Part shown: positions 1 to 9,533 of the stretch, piece by piece
How positions within the stretch are numbered: the first letter of the stretch is position 1
How the letters are laid out: every line of letters starts with the position of its first letter
Assembly: GCA_028292315.1 (NCBI GenBank)
Contig: JAQGMO010000121.1
Span: 4,237-68,236, forward strand
Source of the DNA: Herminiimonas sp.
Lineage (GTDB): Bacteria > Pseudomonadota > Gammaproteobacteria > Burkholderiales > Burkholderiaceae_D
Direction of reading: 5' to 3'
Length of the DNA stretch: 64,000 bases
Translations under genes and position numbers: made by a program
The notes under the pieces: model-generated
What the model saw: the letters and a program-made list of their open reading frames with translations, nothing else
What the model was told of the DNA's origin: nothing
Database searches by the model: none

Positions 1-661
1 CCGCGTCGCCATCCGTAGCGCGGCTCTGTGTCACGCCCTTGCTGTCGAGGACAGTGACGGCGGCCGGTTCGATTTGCGGCACGGCCGCTGCGACCAGGCG
101 CTGGATGCCAAGCACCTGTTCCGGGCTCAGTTGATGACCGGGATGCGTGCTGATCGTGATCGATGCCTTGCCCTTGCCATCGCCCTTGCGGAACAGGCCG
201 GATTCAGGCATCACCAGGTGCACGCGCGCGGACTGTACTTCGGACAATCCCATGACGGTGCGCGCGATCTCCCCCTGCAGCGCGCGCTGATAACTGACTT
301 TTTGCGCGAAGTCGGTCATCCCGAAATTCGAATCGTTGAATATTTCAAAGCCGATAGTTCCCTTGAGATTGACGCCCTTGCTCATCAGCTTCAAGCGGGT
401 TTTATAGACATCGCCGCGCTCGACCAGGATCGACTTGCCTTCATCCTCCAGCCGGTGCGCCACTTTCATGCGATCGAGCTCGGCGACGATCGCGGCGGCA
501 TCTTCGGCGGCGAGACCGGCAAACAGGATTTGATAATCCGATGCCAGAGCCCACCAGCTCAGGAGTGCGAAGAGCATCACGATCGCGGCGGCGCCGGCAG
601 CCAGGCCCGCGCGCGCGGCGCCACTGCGTTTCAAGAAGCTTTCTTTAAGAGATACAAGCAC
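1..661 (-). CDS. fliF: flagellar M-ring protein FliF, N-terminal part (gene runs off the left edge)
   Basis: Absent from the ORF track because it is open at the window edge. Hand translation of the reverse strand from GTG 661..659 gives VLVSLKESFLKRSGAARAGLAAGAAAIVMLFALLSWWALASDYQILFAGLAAEDAAAIVAELDRMKVAHRLEDEGKSILV, a TM helix followed by a FliF-like periplasmic N-domain. It starts 11 nt after the fliE stop. The 74..712 + ORF is its antisense shadow. Confidence 0.8.
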   Translation of the reverse strand, partial: MLVSLKESFLKRSGAARAGLAAGAAAIVMLFALLSWWALASDYQILFAGLAAEDAAAIVAELDRMKVAHRLEDEGKSILVERGDVYKTRLKLMSKGVNLKGTIGFEIFNDSNFGMTDFAQKVSYQRALQGEIARTVMGLSEVQSARVHLVMPESGLFRKGDGKGKASITISTHPGHQLSPEQVLGIQRLVAAAVPQIEPAAVTVLDSKGVTQSRATDGDA

Positions 662-671
662 GGCATGGTCC

Positions 672-974
672 TTACAATTGCATTCTGGCTACGTCCTGAT
701 ACGCTTCCATGATCCGGTTGCGTACTTGTACCGCGAGCTGGAAGGCGATCCTCGCGTGTTCGATACCGATCATGATCTGGTGCAGGTTGTCCGCCTGCCC
801 GGAAGCAAGGCGCATGGTTTGACCATCAGCGCTGTTCAGCACATGGTCGAGCTGGACAAGATGCTGTTGCATGATGGCGGCGAACGGTATTACGGCACCG
901 CTTGCCGCAGTGCCGAACGCAAGCTGGCGGACGTCGGCATTCACCGGGATGAACTCAACCGGATCAAGGCTCAT
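672..974 (-). CDS. fliE: flagellar hook-basal body complex protein FliE
   Basis: 100 aa. The C-terminus ..VRNRIMEAYQDVARMQL matches the conserved FliE C-terminal helix. There is a 4-nt overlap with flgC (971..974). Confidence 0.85.
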   Translation of the reverse strand: MSLDPVEFIPVNADVRQLAFGTAASGAVIPFAAIMQQHLVQLDHVLNSADGQTMRLASGQADNLHQIMIGIEHARIAFQLAVQVRNRIMEAYQDVARMQL

Positions 975-1405
975 CGCGCACCGCCGATATCGAGCGCCGC
1001 CAGGGCGATCGAACGAGCGGCGTTCAGCGCCGCCACATTGGCCTGGTAAGCGCGGGTGGCCGTCATTACGCTCAGCATTTCAGTCACCACATTGATGGCG
1101 GGATACGCCACCATGCCTTTGTCGTCGGCATGCGGATGGCCGGGCTCATGTGCCATCCGCGGTGCGATATCGAGGCTCGCGACCTGCCAACCCTGCGGAC
1201 CGCGCAAGTCGGTTGCGGACTGGTTCATCACGGCGGCAAACGGGAGCGGCGGCATGCCGCCGACCAGGCGCAGCGCCCGGTAGGGTTTGCCGTCGGCGCC
1301 GCGCGTGGTATGGATATTGGCGAGATTGGCCGACGCGAGGTCGGCCCGCAATTTCTCGACCGCCATGCCGGCGCCGCTGATGGCGAATGAGGCCAGATAA
1401 TCCAT
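971..1405 (-). CDS. flgC: flagellar basal-body rod protein FlgC
   Basis: 144 aa. It has the N-terminal rod motif ..LASANLANIHTTRG.. and the C-terminal ..ATRAYQANVAALNAARSIALAALDI typical of FlgC. Confidence 0.9.
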   Translation of the reverse strand: MDYLASFAISGAGMAVEKLRADLASANLANIHTTRGADGKPYRALRLVGGMPPLPFAAVMNQSATDLRGPQGWQVASLDIAPRMAHEPGHPHADDKGMVAYPAINVVTEMLSVMTATRAYQANVAALNAARSIALAALDIGGAR

Positions 1406-1407
1406 GC

Positions 1408-1776
1408 TTATCTTCTCCCGTCGTTGCTGGCCAGGCTGAGCAGCTCGAAATGCGCATTCAGGTTTTTCAGCAATGCCCGGTAATGCAGGACATTCGCCGA
1501 CAACTGCACCATTTGCTGATCGATTGCCGGCGTGGCCGCCGAATCAGAGGAAATCGTCGGGCGCAACTTCTGCAAGCCATCCGGAGCAAGCGCCCGATTG
1601 CTTGCCGTGAGCGCGCTCAGCCGCTCTTCAAAGCTGACCCGCAGCGGCTGGAAATCCGGTATGCCCGCATTCGCGATATTGTTTGCGATAACCTGTTGCC
1701 GCAAGCTGGCCGCATCGAGCGCCAGGCCGAGCAGTTGCACTGCTGGAAATTCGATCGCGCTGTGGGTAATAACCAT
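1408..1776 (-). CDS. flgB: flagellar basal-body rod protein FlgB
   Basis: 122 aa with the rod N-terminal motif QQVIANNIANAGIPDF. It lies directly upstream of flgC (2-nt spacer). Confidence 0.85.
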   Translation of the reverse strand: MVITHSAIEFPAVQLLGLALDAASLRQQVIANNIANAGIPDFQPLRVSFEERLSALTASNRALAPDGLQKLRPTISSDSAATPAIDQQMVQLSANVLHYRALLKNLNAHFELLSLASNDGRR

Positions 1777-1816
1777 GAATGCCCTCGAGGATGGTGCCGT
1801 GTTTAGTGGATGACCA

Positions 1817-2986
1817 TTACTGGATGATCAGTTCGGCGCGCAACGCGCCGGCCGCCTTGATGCCCTGCAAAATGGAAATCATGTCGCGCGGGCTGGCCTT
1901 GATCTTGCCGAGCGCCAGCACCAGATCGGCGACTGTCGCGCTCGATTCCAGATGCACCGACTGCATGCGCTCCTCATTCACGTCGATGCGGGTTTGCGGC
2001 ACTACCGCCGTACGCACCCCGGGACCGGTTTCACTGACCAGCAGCGGCTGCGAAACCAGGTAGTCGGTGGTGATCGATACCTTCAGATCGCCATGTGTCA
2101 CGGTAACCCGTCCGATACGCACGTCGCCGCCCGCAACCACCGTGCCGGTGCGCTCGTTCACCACCACCCGCGCGCGCTTGTCCGGCTCCACCATAAAACC
2201 CTCGACCCGCGTCAGGAACGGCACCAGGCGCTGCTGATGATCGACCGGAACGACAATTTTTACGCGGCCGGCATCGACGGCGGTGGCAAGGCCCTGGCTA
2301 AAGCCGGCATTGATCGCCACGGCGATCCGGCTGGCCGTCGTGTAGTCCGGTTCGGCCAGCAGGAAAACCAGCTCGCCGTCGCGCAATACCTCGCTACCGA
2401 GCGCCCGCTCGACCTGCGCGCCGCCGGGTATTGTGCCGACGGTCGGGTGATTTTTCTGCACCACGTTGCCATTCAAATCGTATTTGTAGCCGCCGATCGA
2501 CAGCGCACCCTGGGCCAGCACATAGACCCGCGCATCGGCCCCCTTCAACGGTGTCATCAACAGCAATCCGCCCAGCAGGCTGCGGGCATCGCCGATTGAA
2601 GTCACCGCCACGTCGAGCTTGTCGCCCGGGCGCGCAAAGCCGGGCAAGGTGGCAGTGACCATCACTGCAGCGGCATTCCGGCTCAGCACCTGGTCGGATG
2701 GAACATTGACGTCGAACTGGTTCAGCATGTTGGCGATCGACTGCCGTGTCGTCCGGTTACGCGGGGAATCGCCGGTTCCGGCAAGGCCGGTCACCAGGCC
2801 GTAACCGACCAGCATATTGTCGCGCCAGCCATCGAACCTGCCTATATCCTTGATCCGCACTGCTTCGGCTACCGCAGCGGCTGCGGCCGGCGGCGCCGAC
2901 AACATCGATAGCGCTGAAAACGCCGACAGCGCTAACAAGCCCGTCCAGAGAGAGTGTAAAAAGCATAGTGCGCGGGGCCCGGTCAC
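1817..2986 (-). CDS. flgI: flagellar P-ring protein FlgI
   Basis: 389 aa. A signal peptide is followed by RIKDIGRFDGWRDNMLVGYGLVTGLAGTGDS, and the C-terminus is ..ILQGIKAAGALRAELIIQ. There is a 4-nt overlap with the flgH stop. Confidence 0.9.
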   Translation of the reverse strand: MTGPRALCFLHSLWTGLLALSAFSALSMLSAPPAAAAAVAEAVRIKDIGRFDGWRDNMLVGYGLVTGLAGTGDSPRNRTTRQSIANMLNQFDVNVPSDQVLSRNAAAVMVTATLPGFARPGDKLDVAVTSIGDARSLLGGLLLMTPLKGADARVYVLAQGALSIGGYKYDLNGNVVQKNHPTVGTIPGGAQVERALGSEVLRDGELVFLLAEPDYTTASRIAVAINAGFSQGLATAVDAGRVKIVVPVDHQQRLVPFLTRVEGFMVEPDKRARVVVNERTGTVVAGGDVRIGRVTVTHGDLKVSITTDYLVSQPLLVSETGPGVRTAVVPQTRIDVNEERMQSVHLESSATVADLVLALGKIKASPRDMISILQGIKAAGALRAELIIQ

Positions 2987-3591
2987 AGGACTCCCAGCCA
3001 GCCCAAGAGGCGCGTCAGCAATCCGGGATGCTGCTTCTCGGCCAAGATTCCATCGCCAATGTAGCTGATCCGCGCATCGGCCAGGCGCGTCGAAAGCACG
3101 GTATTGTTTTCCTGGATGTCGACCGGCCGGATCTTGCCCTGTACTTTTATTTCCTGCTTTTCATCATTGATCGCAATCAGCTGTTCGCCAGCGACTGACA
3201 TCGCGCCGGTGTTCGGGTCGATCGCGGTGATGGTCACGGTGATTTGCGCCAGCAGTTTGCCGGAACGCTGGATCTGGCCTTTGCCGCCGAAGCGGTCGCT
3301 AAGGTCGATGTTTGCAAATTGATCCGAATGACTGGACTTGAACGCCAGATTGACGCTGCCGCTTTTTTCGGTGCTTGTGGCCGCATTGGAGGTCGCGCTG
3401 GCATTCTCGACGATCAGCACTGTCAGCGCATCGCCGATGCGATATGCCTTGCGGTCCGATACCAGCGCCTGATGTTGCTCCTGCTGATAAAGGTTTGCGG
3501 CAACAGGCGCCGACATCGGCGCGCCGCCCAGGCTGGCGCCGATTATGCATAGCGGCAGCCACCATCCGTTCCGCGCATGAGCGAGTCGCAC
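2983..3591 (-). CDS. flgH: flagellar L-ring lipoprotein FlgH
   Basis: The track ORF 2983..3972 over-extends across flgA. I place the start at GTG 3591, 6 nt after the flgA stop, giving about 202 aa. It has a lipobox-like WWLPLC and NLYQ..ALVSDRKAYRIGDALTVLIVENASA, the FlgH signature. The start is uncertain. Confidence 0.8.
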   Translation of the reverse strand: MRLAHARNGWWLPLCIIGASLGGAPMSAPVAANLYQQEQHQALVSDRKAYRIGDALTVLIVENASATSNAATSTEKSGSVNLAFKSSHSDQFANIDLSDRFGGKGQIQRSGKLLAQITVTITAIDPNTGAMSVAGEQLIAINDEKQEIKVQGKIRPVDIQENNTVLSTRLADARISYIGDGILAEKQHPGLLTRLLGWLGVL

Positions 3592-3596
3592 CGGGC

Positions 3597-4562
3597 TTAC
3601 CTCGCTTCCGCCGTGTCGCGATCCACCACGGTAGCCTGATAACTTTGCCGGGTGCGGGGATTGATTACCGTGATGCTGGAGCCGGTCGTTCCATCCATCA
3701 GCGCGACAGCCCTGTCCTCCACATCGATTCCCGCGCGATTCGCCGTCACCCGCAGTTCGCGGCCTTTTCCGACCGGGGATTGCGGCGCAAGGTCGGCCAT
3801 GGACAGGAGCGATTCGGCCGCCTTGTCGCGCGTCAGTTTCATCGCCGGAGCAATTGCGGCATCGGCAAACAAGGCCTGCGCCGACGAACCCTCGGAGACG
3901 GAGACCCGAACGGCGCGCGCCAGCCGCGGATCGAGGATGGTGCCCGCCTTGACCGCCTGAGTCAGCTGCCACGCCGTTCGCGTCGCGCGCACCTGGAACC
4001 AGACCGGAACCGTGCGGACATATTTATTATCGATGCTGATGTCGACCAGCACGTGCATGCGCGGCGACAGCGTGTTGCTGACCACGCGCGCGGCAAAGGC
4101 CGCTTCACCTTCGGGCACGCTGACCGCGTCGTAATCGCTGGAAGGAATCAAGATGATTTCCGCCGCGGGATCACGCGTCAACACCACCGGTTCCAGGAAA
4201 CGCTGCGCGATTGCGTACACCGGCCGCATATCCAGTAATTTGCCGGCCATCGCGATATGAACATCGGCGGCGCCCGATACCTGCAGCGCCGTTCGCAATG
4301 AAGGCAAACGCTTGTCCAGCACATGGGCAATCGCGGCGCGCCCAATACGCAGCGGCCGTTCCGCTCCGCCGAGCAATGCAACCTGGACCGAGCCAACCAG
4401 CCGCGCCAGCGCCGGGTCCGCGCCGCTCACACTCGCCACATCGGAAAGCAGCACCTGGCGCGATTCCACCGTGGCCGTTTCGCGCAACACGATCGTTACC
4501 GTTTGCGCCGCCGCCATCAGTGGAAAGACCTGCAGGAAGAGCAGTCCGAAGCGTAGCATCAT
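3597..4562 (-). CDS. flgA: flagellar basal-body P-ring formation chaperone FlgA
   Basis: Start trimmed to ATG 4562, 14 nt after the flgG stop, giving the signal peptide MMLRFGLLFLQVFPLMAAAQT. The C-terminal ..GKGRELRVTANRAGIDVEDRAVALMDGTTGSSITVINPRTRQSYQATVV resembles the FlgA/SAF C-terminal domain. Confidence 0.7.
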   Translation of the reverse strand: MMLRFGLLFLQVFPLMAAAQTVTIVLRETATVESRQVLLSDVASVSGADPALARLVGSVQVALLGGAERPLRIGRAAIAHVLDKRLPSLRTALQVSGAADVHIAMAGKLLDMRPVYAIAQRFLEPVVLTRDPAAEIILIPSSDYDAVSVPEGEAAFAARVVSNTLSPRMHVLVDISIDNKYVRTVPVWFQVRATRTAWQLTQAVKAGTILDPRLARAVRVSVSEGSSAQALFADAAIAPAMKLTRDKAAESLLSMADLAPQSPVGKGRELRVTANRAGIDVEDRAVALMDGTTGSSITVINPRTRQSYQATVVDRDTAEAR

Positions 4563-4575
4563 GATGATGGCGCGC

Positions 4576-5352
4576 CTAGCGCCACAAGTTATTGGAAATG
4601 CCAAGCATTTCATCGGATGCCTGGATGACCTTGGCATTAATTTCATACGCGCGCTGGGCGATGGTAAGGTTGATCAGTTCCTCCACAAGCCGGACATTGG
4701 ACGCTTCCAGGTAACCCTGTGATATGGTGCCAAAGCCCGGATCGCCGGCCTTACCGATTACCAGCTCGCCAGCGTTTTCAGTCGCTGCATACAGGTTATC
4801 TCCGAGCGCGGACAGTCCGGCCGGATTGACAAACCGCACCAGCTCGAGCTGGCCGGCCTCGACCGGATTTTTTTCATTTGGTACGCTGGCCAGGAACTTG
4901 CCGCCGCCGTCGACCTGGACGGTCATGGTATCTGCCGGAAGCTGAATATGCTGGCGCAGCAGATAACCGTCGGCGGTTGCCAGCATGCCGTCGCGCGTAA
5001 CTTGCAACGATCCATTGCGCGTGTAGGCACTGCCGCCGTCCGGCAGCACCACTTCGATAAACCCTTCGCCGGTGATGGCGATATCCATGGGGGAATCGGT
5101 TTTTTTCAATTCGCCTGCCGAAAATATTTTCCCCATTTGAATCGTGCCGACACCGGCCCCTGGCTGGCCCTGAAGATCGCCGGCAAGAGCCGGATCGGTT
5201 CGGGCGGCAGCCCGGTAAAACAGGTCGTGAAAGCCGAGCCGGCCCTTTTTGAAGCCGGCGGTATTCACATTCGCCAGATTATTGGAAATCATGTCGACAT
5301 GCATTTGCTGCGCATTCATGCCAGTCGCGCCGATGTACAAGGAGTCCAGCAT
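4576..5352 (-). CDS. flgG: flagellar distal rod protein FlgG
   Basis: 258 aa with MLDSLYIGATGMNAQQ..ISNNLANVNTAGFK at the N-terminus and ..LEASNVRLVEELINLTIAQRAYEINAKVIQASDEML at the C-terminus. Confidence 0.9.
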   Translation of the reverse strand: MLDSLYIGATGMNAQQMHVDMISNNLANVNTAGFKKGRLGFHDLFYRAAARTDPALAGDLQGQPGAGVGTIQMGKIFSAGELKKTDSPMDIAITGEGFIEVVLPDGGSAYTRNGSLQVTRDGMLATADGYLLRQHIQLPADTMTVQVDGGGKFLASVPNEKNPVEAGQLELVRFVNPAGLSALGDNLYAATENAGELVIGKAGDPGFGTISQGYLEASNVRLVEELINLTIAQRAYEINAKVIQASDEMLGISNNLWR

Positions 5353-5364
5353 AGGGTGTCCCTT

Positions 5365-6087
5365 TTAAAATTCGCCGAGCTTGCTGATCGCGCGATCGAG
5401 CATCTCGTCGTACATCCGGATGACTTTCTGGCCGCCTTCGAAATGACGCATGGTTTCGATCAGCCGCACCATTTCAGATGATGTCGATACATTGGACGCT
5501 TCGAGGAAGCCTTGCCGCAGGCTGCCATCCGCCGCAGTGGCATCGATCAGCGCATCGCCCTGCAAATACTTTCCAACTCCGGCCCTGATCAGCCTGCCGC
5601 TGTCGGCAAAGCGGACCAGCTTGATTTGCGCGACCAACTCACCGTTCTCAAGAACTCGACCCTGGCGGTCGATTACGGGATGAGCGTTGCCAAGCTGGAT
5701 ATCGCCCGAGACGCCGGCGACGCGCTCGCCGCTCGCGGTCACCAGTTGGCCTCGCGCATCGAGCATAAAACTGCCATGGCGCGTGTAGTAGGTGCCGCGA
5801 TCGTCACTGACTTCGAAAAAACTGCCGTCTTCGATTGCCAGGTCGAGCGGATTGCCGCTGTTGCGCATGACCGCCGTGCTGAAATCGGTGGCGGCGGAAA
5901 AACCGGGCAGGGACATTTCCTGTAGCTGCCCGGCACTGCCCGCCATGAATGCGGAAAACCCGGACGCGACAGCGAGGTCGCGCTTGTAGGCGGGCGTCAG
6001 CGCATTGGCGATATTCTGACTCAGAATGTTCAGACGCTGCATGTCGTTCTGCATGCTGGCTGCCGCAATGGTCATACCGTCCGACAT
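5365..6087 (-). CDS. flgF: flagellar proximal rod protein FlgF
   Basis: 240 aa with ..LSQNIANALTPAYKR.. and a C-terminal ..LEASNVSTSSEMVRLIETMRHFEGGQKVIRMYDEML. Confidence 0.85.
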   Translation of the reverse strand: MSDGMTIAAASMQNDMQRLNILSQNIANALTPAYKRDLAVASGFSAFMAGSAGQLQEMSLPGFSAATDFSTAVMRNSGNPLDLAIEDGSFFEVSDDRGTYYTRHGSFMLDARGQLVTASGERVAGVSGDIQLGNAHPVIDRQGRVLENGELVAQIKLVRFADSGRLIRAGVGKYLQGDALIDATAADGSLRQGFLEASNVSTSSEMVRLIETMRHFEGGQKVIRMYDEMLDRAISKLGEF

Positions 6088-6398
6088 GGCTGGGTGTCCT
6101 TTACTGATTTCGATTTTCTGCTTTGATCATGCGCATTCGTTGACGGGATAATACGGTACCGAAAACATTTAGTCACCAACAGTTACCGATTAGAGACTGC
6201 TTTTTACAACAGGTTTTCTTAATTAATCCGGCATGCATCGTCTTAGTCAGGTCGAGAAACGCATGCTGTTGTGCTCGAAAGGCAGTCTCCCGCGTTCTCT
6301 TCATTGTTTGTTCCTAAAAAATATATCGCTGTATACAGCCAATACTTTTCTTAGTAACAAAACATTTTCCCCGGTTCAGCGCACAGCAATGTAATTAC

Positions 6399-8438
6399 TT
6401 AAATCGTCACCACCCCAAATGCGCGCAGATTGATATGCGGCGGAATTTCCGTCAGCGACAGCACAGCCAATTGCGGCATCACCCGTTCGGTCAGCCGCCG
6501 TATATGGCGCCGTAATTCCGGCGCACAGAGCAGCACCGGTCTGGTATTACCGTTCACCATCTTTTCCACCTGCCCTGCGAGTCTGCCGATCACTTGTTCG
6601 GCGAATTTCGGTTCCAATACCAGCGTCGTTCGTTCATCGATTGCTCGTATACTGTTTGCAATCGCTTGTTCGATCGCCGGGTCAAGCGTCAAGACAAACA
6701 GTTCGCCGCCCTTGCCGATCAAGCCCTGGCAAATGGTCGAGCCCAGCCGCTGCCGCACCTGCTCGGTCAGCGATTCCACATCCTTGTTGTGGCGCGCCGC
6801 ATCGGCCAGCACTTCGAGTATCAGCCCGAGATTGCGTATCGATACCGTCTCCCGCAACAGGTTTTGCAAGACCTTTTGCACTTCACCGAGGGACAGGATA
6901 GCCGGCACCAGTTCCTCTACCAGGCTGGCTTCGCTCTTGCGCAAATGATTGACGATCCGCTCCACTTCGGACCGGCTTAACAGCGCGGGCGCGTGCTGCC
7001 TGAAGATTTCCGTCAGATGCGTAATGAATACGGTCGCCGGATCAACCAGCGTGTACCCGGCCGCGCGCGCGTCGGCGCGTTGCGCCTCCAGTATCCAGCG
7101 CGCCGGCAAGCCATAGGTCGGATCCCGGGTCTCGATGCCATCCAGATGGCGCGCTTCACGGCCCGGATGAATCGCCAGTATTTTTTCAGGAAACAGTTCG
7201 CCGGCGGCGACGCTATTGCCGTAGATGCGGATCTCGTACATGCCGGCGCCAAGCTTGCGGTCGTCCCGCAGCGTCACCTTCGGCAGGACAAAGCCGGCAT
7301 CGACGGCATGTTGCCGGCGAATCGCGGCGATCCGGTCGGCTGCCAGCTTGTCCGCACCGTTCAGCAGCGAAGCCAGGTCGCGGCCGATTCCCACCTCAAC
7401 CGGGTCGACCGGCAGTATCGCGTACAAGTCGCCTTCCTGGGCATCGCCTGCCTGCGGCCCGTCCGGCAAGGGCGGCTGTTCCCTGCGGCGCATGGTGACC
7501 ACCAGGGCCAGTCCAAAGCCGGTCATCAGTAAAATAATCGGAAATGCAGGCATGCCGGGCAATAGCATCATGACCAGCAGCGCAATCATGATCATGCCCA
7601 GTATTTTCGGGAACAGCGACAGCTGCCTGAACACTTCCGCGCTGAGCCGCTCATCGGCAGCGGAACGCGTCACGATAATGCCGGTCCCGAGCGCGATCAC
7701 GAGGGCCGGCACCTGGGTAACGATGCCGTCGCCGACCGTCAGCAAGGTATATACGCGCAGCGCTTCATCCCACTTCATGCCGAGCTGGAGCACCCCGATC
7801 GCCCAGCCGCCAAGGATATTGATCAGCAGGATCACGATGCCGGCGATCGCATCGCCCTTGACGAACTTGCTGGCGCCATCCATCGAGCCGTAGAAGCTTG
7901 CTTCCTTTTCCAGGTTGCGGCGGCGCCGCTGCGCTTCGGCCTGGTCGATGAAGCCCATGTTGAGATCGGCGTCGATGCTCATCTGCTGGCCGGGCATGCT
8001 GTCCAGCGTGAAGCGGGCGGCGACCTCGGCCACCCGCTGCGCGCCATTGGTGATGACCACATACTGCACCACGATCAAGATGAAAAACACGATCAGCCCG
8101 ATCACATAATTCCCGCCGACGACATAGTCGCCTACGGTGTTGATGACGCGGCCGCCGTCGGCGCTGGAAAGAATCAGGCGGGTGGCGGCGATGTTGAGCG
8201 ACAGCCGGAACAGCGTCGCGATCAGCAGCAACGACGGGAAGGTCGAGAACTGGACCGGCTTTTCCGTGTAAAAGGTCAGCAGCAGGATCAGCAATGCAAA
8301 GCTGAAATTGGCAAGGATCAGGAAATCGAGCAGCCGGGCCGGTATCGGCGTGAACAGCACGATCAGAATGCCGATCGTCAGCACCACCAGCGCCGCGTCC
8401 GAATGATCCCCCAGGTTTTTTTTCAAGGCTGACAGCAT
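6399..8438 (-). CDS. flhA: flagellar type III export gate protein FlhA
   Basis: Start trimmed to ATG 8438..8436, which overlaps the flhB stop (TGATG). It has an N-terminal polytopic region, a FHIPEP-like GDGIVTQVPALVIALGTGIIVTRS, and a large cytoplasmic C-domain. Confidence 0.95.
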   Translation of the reverse strand: MLSALKKNLGDHSDAALVVLTIGILIVLFTPIPARLLDFLILANFSFALLILLLTFYTEKPVQFSTFPSLLLIATLFRLSLNIAATRLILSSADGGRVINTVGDYVVGGNYVIGLIVFFILIVVQYVVITNGAQRVAEVAARFTLDSMPGQQMSIDADLNMGFIDQAEAQRRRRNLEKEASFYGSMDGASKFVKGDAIAGIVILLINILGGWAIGVLQLGMKWDEALRVYTLLTVGDGIVTQVPALVIALGTGIIVTRSAADERLSAEVFRQLSLFPKILGMIMIALLVMMLLPGMPAFPIILLMTGFGLALVVTMRRREQPPLPDGPQAGDAQEGDLYAILPVDPVEVGIGRDLASLLNGADKLAADRIAAIRRQHAVDAGFVLPKVTLRDDRKLGAGMYEIRIYGNSVAAGELFPEKILAIHPGREARHLDGIETRDPTYGLPARWILEAQRADARAAGYTLVDPATVFITHLTEIFRQHAPALLSRSEVERIVNHLRKSEASLVEELVPAILSLGEVQKVLQNLLRETVSIRNLGLILEVLADAARHNKDVESLTEQVRQRLGSTICQGLIGKGGELFVLTLDPAIEQAIANSIRAIDERTTLVLEPKFAEQVIGRLAGQVEKMVNGNTRPVLLCAPELRRHIRRLTERVMPQLAVLSLTEIPPHINLRAFGVVTI

Positions 8439-9532
8439 CAGTGGTCTCGCTTGTAAAACGATTGCCGCTGCGCGCGGATGGCATTTACCCACACCAGCAG
8501 CCGCGCGATACGGGCGTAAAATTCTTCCGGAATCTGCTGATCGATACCGAGTCGTTTGAATAATGCGGCGGCCAGCGGCTTGTTTTGCACAATCGGCACG
8601 CCGTGCCGGGAAGCCATTTCGCGCATCAGCCGCGCCAGTTGACCGGCCCCTTTTGCAATGACTGCCGGGGCGCCCATGCCGGCCTGGTCGTATTTCAGCG
8701 CAACTGCCAGGCGCGTCGGATTGGTAATCAGCAGGTCGGCATCCTTTACCCGGCGCAGCGACTGGCTGCGGCTGCGCGCTTCGTTTTGCAAGGCCTTTCG
8801 GCGCGACCGGATGCGCGGATCGCCTTCGCGCTGCTTATGCTCATCAAGAATATCGCGCCGGCTCATCATCATTTTTTTCCGGTACTCGCGGCGCGAAAAA
8901 ATCAGGTCGAGCGCGACGATCGGGACCATGACGAGCAGGCATCGCAGCAACAACTTGATTACCAGGTCCAGCACGGTGCCGGGAATCATCCGGATATCGC
9001 TATTCATCAAGCCGGCCAGCAACGGGAGAGCCGCGCGCAGCACGACGCTCAGCACCCATCCCAGCGCAAGAATTTTCAAGATGCTCTTGCCGGTTTCGAT
9101 AACGATTTTCACGCTAAGGAATTTCTTGAATCCTTGCGCCGGACTGATCCGGCTCCAGTCCGGCTTAAGCGGCGTGAAGCTCAGCACCGGCCCGGTCTGC
9201 ACCAGGCTGCCGATGACGCCGATCGCCACAAGCAGCGCGAACAAGGGCATCCACAGCATCAGGTGCGCGACAAAGTTTTTCAGTATCCACCGGATCGGCG
9301 CGCCGGCAGAAAAATCGACGCCCGCGCCACGCGAAAACGACGCCGCGCTCAGGCGCAGCGTATTGTCGACCAGGGACGTTCCCCATAAATACAATACCGC
9401 GGCAAGCACCAGCAAGGATAGAAAATAGCCAAGGTCCGCGCCTTTCGGCACCGACCCTTTCCTGCGCGCCTGGTCCAGCTTGAATGGTGTGGCCTGCTCA
9501 TTGCGTTGCTGTTCCTGATCCTGATCGCTCAT
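8438..9532 (-). CDS. flhB: flagellar export switch protein FlhB
   Basis: Start at ATG 9532, 1 nt after the fliR stop: MSDQDQEQQRNEQATPFKLDQARRKGSVPKG. It has four TM segments and an NPT(H/R) autocleavage site in ..DADLLITNPTRLAVALKY. Confidence 0.9.
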   Translation of the reverse strand: MSDQDQEQQRNEQATPFKLDQARRKGSVPKGADLGYFLSLLVLAAVLYLWGTSLVDNTLRLSAASFSRGAGVDFSAGAPIRWILKNFVAHLMLWMPLFALLVAIGVIGSLVQTGPVLSFTPLKPDWSRISPAQGFKKFLSVKIVIETGKSILKILALGWVLSVVLRAALPLLAGLMNSDIRMIPGTVLDLVIKLLLRCLLVMVPIVALDLIFSRREYRKKMMMSRRDILDEHKQREGDPRIRSRRKALQNEARSRSQSLRRVKDADLLITNPTRLAVALKYDQAGMGAPAVIAKGAGQLARLMREMASRHGVPIVQNKPLAAALFKRLGIDQQIPEEFYARIARLLVWVNAIRAQRQSFYKRDH

Positions 9533-9533
9533 C

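Noticed and set aside
74-712. 212-aa plus-strand ORF at the left edge
   Set aside because: It is the antisense shadow of fliF. Its sequence is Arg/Ala/His-rich with no recognisable fold, whereas the reverse strand gives a clean FliF N-terminus. Similar long shadow ORFs in this GC-rich DNA were rejected for the same reason: 1952..2599 +, 3375..4238 +, 8585..9388 +, 10842..11699 +, 22365..23591 -, 30869..31885 +, 37394..38500 +, 43397..44251 -, 49519..50250 -, 55302..56078 -, 60762..61640 - and 61826..62725 +.
3592-3972. N-terminal 127-aa extension of the flgH ORF (track ORF 2983..3972)
   Set aside because: The extension lies entirely inside flgA in another frame and is Gly/Arg-rich. A GTG at 3591, just after the flgA stop, gives a lipoprotein-like FlgH of normal size. 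Over-extended starts were trimmed the same way for flgA, flhA, flhB, the TetR gene, the TauE gene, RidA, the glycosylase, the epimerase, argD and lpdA.
6328-6339. GCTGTATACAGC palindrome as a LexA/SOS box
   Set aside because: The SOS box is CTGT-N8-ACAG. Here the half-sites are separated by only 2 nt, and no SOS gene is adjacent.
6150-6398. Sigma-54 or sigma-28 flagellar promoter upstream of flgF
   Set aside because: The best GG..GC candidate (reverse complement TGGCTGTATACAGC) has the wrong GG-to-GC spacing by one nt. I found no TAAA-N15-GCCGATAA-like element by eye and cannot support a call.
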